This document shows positions 27,222 through 36,981 of a DNA stretch of 36,981 nt, one piece after another. The number at the start of each line of letters is the position of its first letter. Position 1 is the stretch's first letter. This DNA comes from Clostridia bacterium. GTDB lineage: Bacteria > Bacillota > Clostridia > HGM11514. The notes below the pieces were generated by a model. The model was not told the origin of the DNA. It saw only the letters and a program-made list of their open reading frames with translations, and made no database searches. The stretch is from NCBI GenBank assembly GCA_045586685.1, contig JAZNAU010000018.1, forward strand, positions 1 to 36,981, in the 5' to 3' direction. The position numbers were made by a program, and so were the translations under genes.

Positions 27222-28418
27222 CTAATAAATCTCTTTTACAGCCACGAATTGATTTTGCTTAATCTTTTTATCTTTTCCTACAACAGCAATCCCCCATTCC
27301 TGTTCGTCATAATATTCACGCAGATCACCAATTTTAGCATTGATACCAATTTCAGCATTTTCGCCCACAATGGCATACTTTACATTGGCACCCTTGCGAA
27401 TGATGGCATTTGTCATTACCACACTGTCCTTAACGTAAGCATCTTCTTCCACCACACAGCCGGTAAATATTACAGAATTTTCCACTTTCCCCCGAATATC
27501 ACATCCTTCTGCCACAAAGGAATTGGAAATTTTAGAAGACGTCCCGATAAAACTGGAAGGTTGGGCATAGTTTCTGGCATAAATTTTGAATTTAGAATCC
27601 TTTAAATTTAAAAACCCCGGATCCCCCTCCTTCCGGAGCAAATCCATATTTGCTTCCCACAAGCTTTCAATGGTTCCCACATCCTTCCAATAGCCTCTAA
27701 ATTCGTAGCCGAACATCTTACATTGATCTGCCAGCATTTTTGGAATAATATTTTTCCCAAAATCATGGGAAGAGGTTTCGTCCTCATCATCTGTAATCAA
27801 ATATTTCTTTAACGTATTCCAGTTAAAAATATAAATCCCCATAGAAGCCTTGGTGCTCTCTGGTTTTTTTGGTTTCTCTTCAAATTCCTTTACCGAACCG
27901 TTTTTATTTAAGGTCATAATACCAAAACGGGACGCTTCTTCTATGGGAACATCCAGCACCGCAATGGTACACTCCCCTTTTTTCTCCTCGTGGTAGGAGA
28001 GCATTTTGGCATAATCCATTTTATAAATATGATCTCCCGAAAGCACCAGTACATATTCCGGATCGTACCGTTCAATAAAAGGAATGTTCTGACAAATTGC
28101 ATTTGCCGTACCCTTATACCACTCTGATTTCTTACTTCTGGAATAGGGCGGTAAAATATGGGCACCCCCAAAATTACGATTCAGTCCCCAAGGTTGACCG
28201 TTTCCTACGTACTCATTCAGTTCCAAAGGCTGATACTGAGTCAGAATCCCTACCGTATCAATTCCCGAATTGACACAGTTGGATAAGGGAAAATCAATAA
28301 TTCTGTACTTTCCTCCAAAAGGAACAGCAGGCTTTGCTGTTTCCTCTGTCAGGACCTTCAGACGGCTTCCCTGACCGCCTGCCAGCAGCATTGCAATGCA
28401 TTCTTTTCTCCTTGCCAT
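27222..28418 (-). CDS. glgC: glucose-1-phosphate adenylyltransferase
   Basis: [40 protein letters not shown]. Confidence 0.97.
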   Translation of the reverse strand: MARRKECIAMLLAGGQGSRLKVLTEETAKPAVPFGGKYRIIDFPLSNCVNSGIDTVGILTQYQPLELNEYVGNGQPWGLNRNFGGAHILPPYSRSKKSEWYKGTANAICQNIPFIERYDPEYVLVLSGDHIYKMDYAKMLSYHEEKKGECTIAVLDVPIEEASRFGIMTLNKNGSVKEFEEKPKKPESTKASMGIYIFNWNTLKKYLITDDEDETSSHDFGKNIIPKMLADQCKMFGYEFRGYWKDVGTIESLWEANMDLLRKEGDPGFLNLKDSKFKIYARNYAQPSSFIGTSSKISNSFVAEGCDIRGKVENSVIFTGCVVEEDAYVKDSVVMTNAIIRKGANVKYAIVGENAEIGINAKIGDLREYYDEQEWGIAVVGKDKKIKQNQFVAVKEIY

Positions 28419-28442
28419 GGAAAAAACGCTTCCTTTCTCTCT

Positions 28443-30341
28443 TTACTTCTCCTGTTTCATTTTCTTTTTTGCCTTACCTTGCTGTTTCTGATAAAATACG
28501 GTTGACATGGACGGAATGGTAATGGATACGGATTGCCCAAAGCCATGCCACTTGATATTTTGAGTAGTCACTGTTCTAAGAGGCGTTCCTTCTCCTCCGT
28601 ACCTCTTATAATCACTGGAAAAAACGGGTTTGTAAGCCCCTTTTTCCGGCACACCGATTCGATATTGTTTTCTTTGTACAGGACAGAAATTACAAACAAT
28701 CATCATTTCTTCTTCGCCATCCGACCGACAAAAGGCAATCACACTCTGGTCACGGTCATCATTGGTCAGCCACCAAAATCCGTTCCAGTCCGAATCATTT
28801 TTCCAAAGAGCCGAATGCTCCAAATAAAATCGATTCAAATCCTTTATATATTGTTGCATCTGCTGATGATGGGGGTATTCAAGAAGCATCCAATCCAGCT
28901 CTTGCTGATAATTCCACTCAATAAACTGTGCAAATTCATTTCCCATAAAGTTCAGTTTCTTTCCGGGATGTGCCATCATATAACCATAAAAGGTTCGTAA
29001 ATTATCAAACTTCTGCTCATATTCTCCCGGCATTTTGTTAATCATAGAGCATTTTCCGTGTACCACCTCGTCGTGAGAGAGGGGCAAAATATAATTCTCA
29101 GAAAATGCATAAGTGAGAGAGAAAGTCAAATTGTTGTGCATTCCCTTTCGAAACAGAGGGTCTGATGACATATATGAAAGCATATCGTTCATCCAGCCCA
29201 TATTCCATTTAAAGTTAAAACCAAGTCCACCGTCAAATCCGGGTTTGGTTACCATAGGAAACGCGGTAGATTCCTCTGCTATCATAAGAACCGAGGAATC
29301 AAAAGAAAACGCCGCACTGTTCAACTTTCTTAAAAATTCAATGGCACCGATATTCTGATTACCGCCATACTTGTTGGGATGCCACTCTCTGTCCCGTCTG
29401 CCGTAATCCAGATACAGCATAGAGGCAACTGCATCCACACGGATACCATCAATGTGGTATAAATCCAACCAATAAATTACATTGGAAATGAGAAAGGATA
29501 CCACTTCGTTTCTCTCGTAATTAAAAATTCTGGTATTCCAGTCGGGATGCTCATTCATAACCGTATCCGAGGATTCGTAACAACAGCTTCCGTCAAACTC
29601 ATACAAGCCGTTTTCATCCTTGGGAAAATGGGCCCCTACCCAATCTAAAATTACGCCAATTCCCGCTTTATGACACCGATTGACAAAACTCATAAAATTG
29701 TGAGGTGTTCCATATCGAGAGGTAGGAGCATAATACCCCGTTACCTGATATCCCCAAGAAGGGTCATAAGGGTATTCACTCACCGGCATCAGTTCAATAT
29801 GGGTATACCCCATTTTTTTTATATAATCAATCAGTTCATCTGCCGCCTGTGTATATGAGAAATAATTGCCGTCCTCATATTTCCGCCAAGAGCCTAAATG
29901 AACCTCATAAATATTGATTGGCTGTTCCAAAGGATTCTTTTCTTTTTTTTGTCTTTGATATGCACCATCCTCCCAAAGAAATCCCTCCGGAGAATACACC
30001 TTACTTGCATTTTCAGGCGGAGTGCACATATGGAATCCGTAAGGATCGCTTTTCATGACAAAAGTACCGTCCTGACGTTCTACGTAATATTTATATTCGT
30101 CATAAACTTCCGCATTCTTCACCTGTTGTTCCCAGACGCCGTAGCCAATTTGCTCCATGGGCGGACATTTCTTATCCCAATCATTAAAACGTCCCACCAC
30201 CCGAACAGATTTTGCATTGGGTGCCCACACACGGAACACAAATCCCTGCTTTGCTTTCTGACAGCCCATAAACCGATAAGCATCTGCCGAATTGCCCTGA
30301 TAAAAATTATGCAACTGTGTTGTTAATGTTTTATTTTTCAT
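28443..30341 (-). CDS. glgB: 1,4-alpha-glucan branching enzyme
   Basis: FRVWAPNA, IYEVHLGSW, GIRVDAVASMLY, AEEST, LSHDEVVHGK. Confidence 0.97.
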   Translation of the reverse strand: MKNKTLTTQLHNFYQGNSADAYRFMGCQKAKQGFVFRVWAPNAKSVRVVGRFNDWDKKCPPMEQIGYGVWEQQVKNAEVYDEYKYYVERQDGTFVMKSDPYGFHMCTPPENASKVYSPEGFLWEDGAYQRQKKEKNPLEQPINIYEVHLGSWRKYEDGNYFSYTQAADELIDYIKKMGYTHIELMPVSEYPYDPSWGYQVTGYYAPTSRYGTPHNFMSFVNRCHKAGIGVILDWVGAHFPKDENGLYEFDGSCCYESSDTVMNEHPDWNTRIFNYERNEVVSFLISNVIYWLDLYHIDGIRVDAVASMLYLDYGRRDREWHPNKYGGNQNIGAIEFLRKLNSAAFSFDSSVLMIAEESTAFPMVTKPGFDGGLGFNFKWNMGWMNDMLSYMSSDPLFRKGMHNNLTFSLTYAFSENYILPLSHDEVVHGKCSMINKMPGEYEQKFDNLRTFYGYMMAHPGKKLNFMGNEFAQFIEWNYQQELDWMLLEYPHHQQMQQYIKDLNRFYLEHSALWKNDSDWNGFWWLTNDDRDQSVIAFCRSDGEEEMMIVCNFCPVQRKQYRIGVPEKGAYKPVFSSDYKRYGGEGTPLRTVTTQNIKWHGFGQSVSITIPSMSTVFYQKQQGKAKKKMKQEK

Positions 30342-30386
30342 ACCTCAGCCTCACATTCTGTTCAAGCATAACATGATCTTTTCTAT

Positions 30387-30395
30387 ATTATAGCA
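30387..30395 (-). promoter_or_regulatory. extended -10 promoter of glg operon
   Basis: TG-C-TATAAT on the minus strand; no recognisable -35. Confidence 0.55.
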
Positions 30396-30647
30396 AATTT
30401 TTTATAAAAAATTATGAGATTTTCATCGTTTTTTCTGCTATTGATATATGTTTTTATCTTTAAAAAAAAGGATTTTTCCGTTTTATTTTTTGTTTTTTTG
30501 CATAACTCGCCTTCCTTTTATATACAAACAAATTTTAATTTGCATGTTTTTGTCATAAATTTGGGTATCCTACTCCCAAAAAACAGCAAAAAAGGCAAGT
30601 GATTTTTATTATAATAAAGATAATAAAAAGAAAAGAAGGAATCACTT

Positions 30648-32948
30648 ATGCAAATTACAACCTTAAAAAAACGCGAATCTGTCAGATTCGCCCAAAAAGC
30701 ACCCGCATTTTTACCCGAACTGTTTCTATGCTTTCTTGTGTCACGAGCAACGTTATTCGGACAACCCTTACCTGTGGGTTTAGCTTTGACCGCTGTAGGA
30801 GCAAAATCAAAAAAAGGACGTTGGTTTTGTCTGGCAGCTTCCCTATGCGGATATTTTACCCTGTCTTTCCATCCAAGATACCCTGTTGCACTATGTTTGT
30901 TGGCATTATTTTTATGGATTGATGAAGAACGATTCTTTCGTAATTCATTTTTTACAGGGATCATGGTATCTGCCGCCACCGTAATTTCAGAACTCTATTT
31001 CTTAATTCGAAAAGGGGGAATTCCGTATGATATTCTTACCCTTGTACTTTGCACAGTCGGAGGATTTTTATGCGTAGGATTCTTCCAGAATGCTTTGCCA
31101 ATTCTAAAAAATCACTCCAGACGGTACCTTCGTCCGAAGGATTCTGTGGCACTGTTAATTTTGCTATGTGCAGCTGTCAAAGGACTTCCCGTTATTTCCA
31201 CCCAACTTTTTAATGCAAATGATACCTTTTGTATTATCCTTACCTTGTTGTTTTCCCAATCGGACCGCTTGGAAAATGCTGTAACCGCAGGGCTGATATC
31301 CGCCTTTTTAATCAGTTCGGAATGCCCTGAATTATTCTCCAGAATGGGAATGTTTGCATTGGCAGGCTTGTTGGGCGGAATGTTTCGTCCCTTAGGAAAA
31401 ACAGGTATTTGCGGCGGCGCGTTGTTATCAGGATTACTTACCTCATTAACCATGGGAGAATTATCCTCTCTTTCAGTAACTCCTTTGGATTTTCCTGTTG
31501 CCTGTCTGATTTTTTTGCTGATTCCAAACAAGTGGATTCAAGGAATGGGAATTTATCGGCTTTATCCAGAGCAGTCAGAAAATGAAACTCGAATTAAGGA
31601 ATCTCTGTATCAGCAATTAAAAAGTATTTCCGCCGCCTTTTTGCAGCTTTCCTCCTCCGTTTTTTCTCTTGCAGGTCAGCCAAACATTAAAACAGATCAG
31701 ACCCTTTTATTATCAAAAATAGAAGAGCGGGTTTGCAATGGTTGCAAATTAAAGGAGCTTTGCTGGAATCGTGAATTAAACAGCGAAATGGAACGGCTGA
31801 TTTGCCATTGCTTTGCGGTAATCGAGCAAAAGGGAACTGTTTCCCAACAGGATGTTCCCATTTATTTTCAGAAGCGGTGTAACAATCTTTCAAGATATTT
31901 ATATGAAATAAATAATCTGTATGAACTGTATAAAAACGAATTATTCTGGCAAGGCAGACTTGACCGTGCCACTGCTTTTACCATTCGTCAACTGGAGGAT
32001 GTTTCCTCCGTTGTGGACAGGCTGGCAGGACAGTTGAAGCAAAATGTCAGCTTCTATGAAGAACTGACATTTTCCGTAGCTTGTGAATTAGACCGCATGG
32101 GATTTTCCCCAAAAGAGGTAGAAGTCACTAAAAATTCCGGCGGACGATATGAAGTGCATCTTCGGATTGACAGTTGTCAGATGACGAACGGTTGTAAGGA
32201 AATCACCTCTGTACTGAGCCAGTTGTTAGAATGTCCCATGGAAAAAACAGAAGGCGATTGCAAATTAGGACAATGCGTCATAGGTTTTTCCGAAGCAACA
32301 CCCTATCGGCTTATGCACGCCGTTTCCACCACACCGCGGGCAGGACAATCCCTTTCGGGAGATACAGTAGCTGCCCTTACTCTCCCTGACGGAAATCAAC
32401 TGTTGATTTTAAGCGATGGTAAAGGTAGCGGAGATTCCGCTCATTTACAAAGCTCCGAAACCGTTCGGCTTATTTGCAGATTGCTGTACGCAGGCTTCAC
32501 TCCTACCTCTGCCGTCCGCCTTGCAAACTCTGTTTTAGGACAACAGCCAGACGACGAGGGCTTTGCCACCATTGACCTAATGATGATTGACCTTTCCAAT
32601 CCCAGGGCAGATTTTATTAAAAGCGGTGCCTGTGCCACTTATATCAAACGGCAGAATCTTGTAAAACGAATTGAATCTCAATCCTTACCTGCCGGAATTT
32701 TAGACGAAGCGGATATGGAACTGAAATCAGAATCATTACAGCACGGTGATTTACTTATCATGCTCAGTGATGGTGTTGCAGATGCTTACTCAGATGAAAA
32801 ATTTTTGATGAGCGAAATTAACCGTCTGTCCCGTCAGAACTCTCCCCGTCAGCTTGCCGCAGCCCTTTTGGATTCCGCAAAACAGCAAAAAGGCAACATC
32901 GCATGGGATGATATGACGGTGGTAGCAGCAAGAATTGTGGAAAAATAA
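30648..32948 (+). CDS. spoIIE: stage II sporulation protein E (membrane PP2C-type phosphatase)
   Basis: Multi-TM N-terminus, central VCxxCxxxxxCW, C-terminal SGD, LSDGKGSG, ATIDL, SDGV, DDMTV. Confidence 0.85.
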   Translation: MQITTLKKRESVRFAQKAPAFLPELFLCFLVSRATLFGQPLPVGLALTAVGAKSKKGRWFCLAASLCGYFTLSFHPRYPVALCLLALFLWIDEERFFRNSFFTGIMVSAATVISELYFLIRKGGIPYDILTLVLCTVGGFLCVGFFQNALPILKNHSRRYLRPKDSVALLILLCAAVKGLPVISTQLFNANDTFCIILTLLFSQSDRLENAVTAGLISAFLISSECPELFSRMGMFALAGLLGGMFRPLGKTGICGGALLSGLLTSLTMGELSSLSVTPLDFPVACLIFLLIPNKWIQGMGIYRLYPEQSENETRIKESLYQQLKSISAAFLQLSSSVFSLAGQPNIKTDQTLLLSKIEERVCNGCKLKELCWNRELNSEMERLICHCFAVIEQKGTVSQQDVPIYFQKRCNNLSRYLYEINNLYELYKNELFWQGRLDRATAFTIRQLEDVSSVVDRLAGQLKQNVSFYEELTFSVACELDRMGFSPKEVEVTKNSGGRYEVHLRIDSCQMTNGCKEITSVLSQLLECPMEKTEGDCKLGQCVIGFSEATPYRLMHAVSTTPRAGQSLSGDTVAALTLPDGNQLLILSDGKGSGDSAHLQSSETVRLICRLLYAGFTPTSAVRLANSVLGQQPDDEGFATIDLMMIDLSNPRADFIKSGACATYIKRQNLVKRIESQSLPAGILDEADMELKSESLQHGDLLIMLSDGVADAYSDEKFLMSEINRLSRQNSPRQLAAALLDSAKQQKGNIAWDDMTVVAARIVEK

Positions 32949-32978
32949 AAAGGGAGCTGTATTACAGTTCCCTTTTTT
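32947..32978 (+). terminator. terminator after spoIIE
   Basis: aaaaagggagctgt-att-acagttccctttttt. Confidence 0.8.
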
Positions 32979-32979
32979 C

Positions 32980-33008
32980 TTGCAATCCTAATCAATACAT
33001 GATATAAT
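32980..33008 (+). promoter_or_regulatory. promoter of rsuA
   Basis: TTGCAA-17bp-TATAAT with extended TG. Confidence 0.75.
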
Positions 33009-33036
33009 AAAAGAAAAATTATTGTGAGGAATATTT

Positions 33037-33762
33037 GTGAAAAAAAGACTGGATAATCTAATTGCCAATACAGGACTCGCCACCCGCTCAGAAGCCAAAA
33101 AGCTGATTCGAGGCAAGCATGTGACAGCAGACGGGAAAATTATTACCGACCCTGCCGCAAAATTTGACCCCGCAGAAACGGTGCTGGCGTTAGACGGTAC
33201 CCCCTTGCAGATTCGTACATATATTTATTTAATGATGAATAAACCTGCAGGAGTCGTATGTGCCACGGAAGACAATATCTTTTCCACTGTATGCGATTTA
33301 TTACCGGAAAGATATCAGCATTTTTCCCCTTATCCGGTAGGAAGGCTGGATAAAGATACGGAAGGGTTTGTATTGCTGACAAACGACGGCAACCTTGCCC
33401 ATCGTGTGATTTCACCTAAAAATCATGTTCCCAAACGGTACTACGCTAAAATAGAGGGCACTCTTACGCAACATCACAAAGAACTATTTGCCCAAGGCGT
33501 CACATTAGAGGACGGATATGTTACCATGCCGGCAGAGCTTTTTATTCTGTCCGAGGGAGAAATTGAACTAATCATTTATGAAGGGAAATTTCATCAGGTC
33601 AAGCGGATGTTCGAAGCCATCAAATGTAAAGTTACCTATTTGAAACGCTTGGAAATCGGCCCCCTTGTACTGGATAAAAATCTTGCTTTGGGAGAAGTGC
33701 GGGAGCTGTCGGACAAAGAATTGGAAGTTCTCAAAAATTGTTCTGCCACAAGAAAAATATAG
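33037..33762 (+). CDS. rsuA: RsuA-family rRNA pseudouridine synthase
   Basis: S4 domain, NKPAG, VGRLDKDTEG, EGKFHQVKRMF. Confidence 0.9.
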   Translation: MKKRLDNLIANTGLATRSEAKKLIRGKHVTADGKIITDPAAKFDPAETVLALDGTPLQIRTYIYLMMNKPAGVVCATEDNIFSTVCDLLPERYQHFSPYPVGRLDKDTEGFVLLTNDGNLAHRVISPKNHVPKRYYAKIEGTLTQHHKELFAQGVTLEDGYVTMPAELFILSEGEIELIIYEGKFHQVKRMFEAIKCKVTYLKRLEIGPLVLDKNLALGEVRELSDKELEVLKNCSATRKI

Positions 33763-33981
33763 CTGGTAAAAAATTACAATTTGTGCAATTTAGCCACAAA
33801 CACCCTATCTATATGGGTATGTTTGCACATTCAGTTGTTTTGTTTATGCAAAGTTACTAAAATATTTTTTTAATTTTGTGTAAAAAAGGTATGTCTTTTT
33901 GTTTCATTTTATGATATAGTATTATCATAAATTTTTTATGTCGAAAAGGCATTAAGACACAATATAGTAGGAGGTATTGTT

Positions 33982-35091
33982 ATGTCAGAGTTAAATCTCA
34001 AAAACATGTATAAAATTTACTCAGGAGGAGTAACTGCGGTAAGTGATTTCTGTCTGGATATTGCAGATAAGGAATTTATCGTATTGGTTGGACCTTCCGG
34101 TTGCGGTAAGTCCACCACACTGCGTATGATTGCAGGTTTGGAAGAAATTTCTTCCGGCGAACTGTACATTGACGGTAAGCTGGTTAACGATATGGCTCCC
34201 AAGGATCGTGACATTGCAATGGTATTCCAGAACTATGCACTGTATCCTCACATGAGCGTATTTGACAATATGGCTTTCGGTCTGAAACTGCGTAAAATTG
34301 CAAAGGACGAAATCAAACGCCGTGTAACAGAAGCAGCTAAGATTTTGGGTATTGAATATTTGCTTGACAGAAAGCCGAAAGCGCTGTCCGGCGGTCAGCG
34401 CCAGAGAGTTGCGCTGGGTCGTGCTATTGTTCGTGAACCAAAAGTATTCTTGATGGACGAACCTCTGTCCAATCTGGATGCTAAGCTGAGAGTTCAGATG
34501 AGAAGTGAAATCAGTAAGTTGCACACCAAATTGCAGACTACTTTCATCTATGTAACACATGACCAGACAGAAGCTATGACCATGGGTACCCGTATCGTAG
34601 TTATGAAGGATGGTTTCATTCAGCAGGTTGATTCTCCTCAGGTTCTGTATGATAAACCCGCTAACCTGTTTGTTGCAGGATTCATGGGCAGCCCCCAGAT
34701 GAACTTCTTTGATGTTGTTCTGAATGAAGAAGCTGGCAAATATAGCCTGACCTTTGGCAATACAACAATCATTTTACCTGAAGGTAAAGTAACTGACGAA
34801 CTGAAGGGATATATCGGAAAGACCATGGTAATGGGTCTTCGTCCGGAAGGAATTCATGATGAAGAAAGCTACTTGGCTGCATTTCCCGAAAGCATCGTAA
34901 CTGCTGAAGTTACGGTAACAGAAATGATGGGTTCTGAAACCTATTTGTATCTGACAACTGAAGGAAACAACTGTATTGCAAGAGTTAATCCCAGATCCAC
35001 CTCTAAGGTTGGAGACGAAATCAAAGTTGCTTTCGATATGACTAAGATTCATCTTTTTGATAAAGAAACAGAAAAAGCTGTAATTCACTAA
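33982..35091 (+). CDS. msmX: MsmX/MalK/UgpC-type sugar ABC transporter ATPase (orphan)
   Basis: GPSGCGKS, VFQNYALYPH, LSGGQRQR, DEPLSNLD, TOBE domain; no permease genes adjacent. Confidence 0.9.
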   Translation: MSELNLKNMYKIYSGGVTAVSDFCLDIADKEFIVLVGPSGCGKSTTLRMIAGLEEISSGELYIDGKLVNDMAPKDRDIAMVFQNYALYPHMSVFDNMAFGLKLRKIAKDEIKRRVTEAAKILGIEYLLDRKPKALSGGQRQRVALGRAIVREPKVFLMDEPLSNLDAKLRVQMRSEISKLHTKLQTTFIYVTHDQTEAMTMGTRIVVMKDGFIQQVDSPQVLYDKPANLFVAGFMGSPQMNFFDVVLNEEAGKYSLTFGNTTIILPEGKVTDELKGYIGKTMVMGLRPEGIHDEESYLAAFPESIVTAEVTVTEMMGSETYLYLTTEGNNCIARVNPRSTSKVGDEIKVAFDMTKIHLFDKETEKAVIH

Positions 35092-35105
35092 AACGTTTAA
35101 AATAG

Positions 35106-35142
35106 AAAGAGGATGTAAAAAAATTATTTTGCATCCTCTTTT
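35106..35142 (+). terminator. terminator after msmX
   Basis: aaagaggatgtaaaa...ttttgcatcctctttt. Confidence 0.8.
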
Positions 35143-35178
35143 ATTTTACAAAAACAAGATAAATTTACAAAAAAAGAA

Positions 35179-35207
35179 TTGACAAATCATAAATTTTATG
35201 CTACAAT
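35179..35207 (+). promoter_or_regulatory. promoter of tRNA-Leu
   Basis: TTGACA-17bp-TACAAT with extended TG. Confidence 0.85.
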
Positions 35208-35228
35208 ATTAAGTGCATGAAAATTCAT

Positions 35229-35317
35229 GCCCGAGTGGCGGAACTGGCAGACGCCCGGGACTTAAAATCCCGTGAGAAGTGATTCTCGTACCGGTTCGAT
35301 TCCGGTCTCGGGCACCA
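35229..35317 (+). tRNA. tRNA-Leu(UAA)
   Basis: gcccgagtggcggaactggcagacgcccgggact-TAA-aatcccg, long variable arm, ggttcgattcc, CCA end; 89 nt. Confidence 0.97.
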
Positions 35318-35350
35318 AAAAACCTGTGTTTTCAAAACACAGGTTTTTTT
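35318..35350 (+). terminator. terminator after tRNA-Leu
   Basis: aaaaacctgtgttttcaaaacacaggttttttt. Confidence 0.85.
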
Positions 35351-35392
35351 AGTTCTCCTTGTTATCAAATTTTTATATATTACCGTTACAAT

Positions 35393-35426
35393 AAAGTCTC
35401 CATGATAATCCTATCATGGAGACTTT
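35393..35426 (-). terminator. terminator after putP
   Basis: aaagtctccatgata-atcc-tatcatggagacttt, perfect 15-bp stem. Confidence 0.75.
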
Positions 35427-35442
35427 TTGTTAATTGTTATGC

Positions 35443-36978
35443 TTAATCATCTATACTGTTATCGGTTGCTTTTTCATATATTGCCAGCACTTCAGCAGAG
35501 GGAGCCTTATCAAGCAACGTTACAACAATCGCCACAATACCGCCGATAATAAATCCGGGAATAATTTCATAAATACCTGTCATTGCAGTCAATGTTAATC
35601 CGCCGGAAACAGGTAACCAAAGCCAAATCATATCCACTAATGCACCAATAATAATCCCTGCAACAGCCCCTTTGTATGTAAATCGTTTCCAAAAGAGCGA
35701 TAACAATACCACAGGACCAAATGCAGCCCCAAAAATTCCCCATGCATTAGATACCAAATCCATAATCGCCTGTGCGGCTTTTCCTTTACTGCTTGCAATA
35801 AAGAATGCAATCACCGCAATAATCAAAACGATAATACGACTTACCCACAGCATTTCCTTGTTAGATGCATTTTTTCTGATAATCGGCTTATACAAGTCGC
35901 TGGAAAAAGAAGAAGCTGCAACAAGAAGCTGGGAATCTGCAGTGGACATACTGGCAGCAATAATTGCCGCTAAAAGAATACCGGCAATAAATGAAGGGAA
36001 TACATCACGAGCAAGTTCAACAAAAATCAAGGACTGTTTTCCCTGAGCCAAAAGAACCTCAGAAAGGTCAGTTCCGTTGGAATATACAAACATTCTTCCT
36101 AAATAAGCAATCACAATGGCTGCTCCCAAGGAAAGAATTACCCAGATAATTGCAACAGTTGCGGATTTTTTTACCATAGAGGGTTTTTCGATTGCCATAA
36201 ATCTTACAATGATATGAGGCATACCAAAATAACCAAGACCCCAACCCAATCCGGATAAAATATCTTTCCAACTTGCATTAAAGAAATTAGTAACAAACTT
36301 AAATTCTTCCCCGTTAGGCCCTGTATAAATGGTTGACAGAGCAGCCGTATCCAACGTTTTGGTGAATTCCACTACAATCGGGACAACCAAAAGAGCTGCC
36401 AACATCAGCAATCCTTGGAAAAAGTCAGTCCAGCAAACTGCATTAAACCCGCCAAGGAAGGTATATACTACTACAATAGCTGCAAAAATAATCATTGCAG
36501 TTGTTCTGGAAAGCTCTGGAACTAAAGTAGTAAACACATCCGCTCCCGCAACAAATGCAGATGCAACATAAATGGTAAAGCAAACCAAAAACACAACGGC
36601 ACAGATAATACTAACCAAGTGGCTTTTGGATACAAAACGATTTGATAAATACTGGGGAAGTGTTATTGCATCAGCTGATGCTTTAGAGAACTTCCGCAAT
36701 CTTTTGGCTACTAAAATCCAGTTTGCAGCAGTACCGATAGCCAGACCAATTCCAATCCATGCCTGACCAAATCCAAAAGCAAGAATACTGCCCGGTAATC
36801 CCATTAAAAGCCAAGCACTCATATCAGATGCTTGTGCGCTCATAGCAGTAACCCAAGGGCCCATGGCACGGCCACCCAAAAAATAGTCCTTTTCACTTAC
36901 TGCCTTGGACTTAACGAAAAAATAAATGCCGATAGCAATCATTGCTACAAAATAAAGTACAAATGCAAAAATATCCAT
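35443..36978 (-). CDS. putP: sodium/proline symporter (SSS family)
   Basis: DYFLGGR, SAQASDMSAWLLMGLPG, WTDFFQG, WGLGYFGMPHI..RFM, MSTADSQLL. Confidence 0.9.
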   Translation of the reverse strand: MDIFAFVLYFVAMIAIGIYFFVKSKAVSEKDYFLGGRAMGPWVTAMSAQASDMSAWLLMGLPGSILAFGFGQAWIGIGLAIGTAANWILVAKRLRKFSKASADAITLPQYLSNRFVSKSHLVSIICAVVFLVCFTIYVASAFVAGADVFTTLVPELSRTTAMIIFAAIVVVYTFLGGFNAVCWTDFFQGLLMLAALLVVPIVVEFTKTLDTAALSTIYTGPNGEEFKFVTNFFNASWKDILSGLGWGLGYFGMPHIIVRFMAIEKPSMVKKSATVAIIWVILSLGAAIVIAYLGRMFVYSNGTDLSEVLLAQGKQSLIFVELARDVFPSFIAGILLAAIIAASMSTADSQLLVAASSFSSDLYKPIIRKNASNKEMLWVSRIIVLIIAVIAFFIASSKGKAAQAIMDLVSNAWGIFGAAFGPVVLLSLFWKRFTYKGAVAGIIIGALVDMIWLWLPVSGGLTLTAMTGIYEIIPGFIIGGIVAIVVTLLDKAPSAEVLAIYEKATDNSIDD

Positions 36979-36981
36979 TTT

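Noticed and set aside
30414-30979. ORFs 30414-30602, 30518-30979 and 30599-30922
   Set aside because: Low-complexity intergenic sequence or overlapping spoIIE; likely spurious.
1-36981. CRISPR array, prophage or defence system
   Set aside because: No regularly spaced repeats with spacers, and no cas, phage or defence genes recognised.

Overview
Chromosomal window of a spore-forming, low-GC Firmicute (Clostridia-like). The right two-thirds is mostly core content: a 7-gene surface-polysaccharide glycosyltransferase operon with a UDP-xylose synthase, ygiQ-folD, a complete glgBCDAP plus GH13 glycogen operon divergent from spoIIE, rsuA, msmX, tRNA-Leu(UAA) and putP. The left ~10 kb, downstream of tRNA-Arg(CCG), looks like stacked self-contained accessory modules. 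(i) A cobalamin-riboswitch-controlled pair of surface proteins (an SLH-anchored transcobalamin-like alpha-barrel/DUF4430 protein and a membrane-anchored DUF4430 protein), bounded by a 22-bp direct repeat and with no transporter or recombinase. (ii) An orphan madLM malonate transporter. (iii) An XRE-HTH::GlmM fusion with a candidate operator palindrome at its own promoter, coupled to an acetyltransferase-only GlmU. (iv) A ~250-bp MITE-like insert that duplicated a 25-bp terminator. All calls are by eye from motifs; no searches were run.
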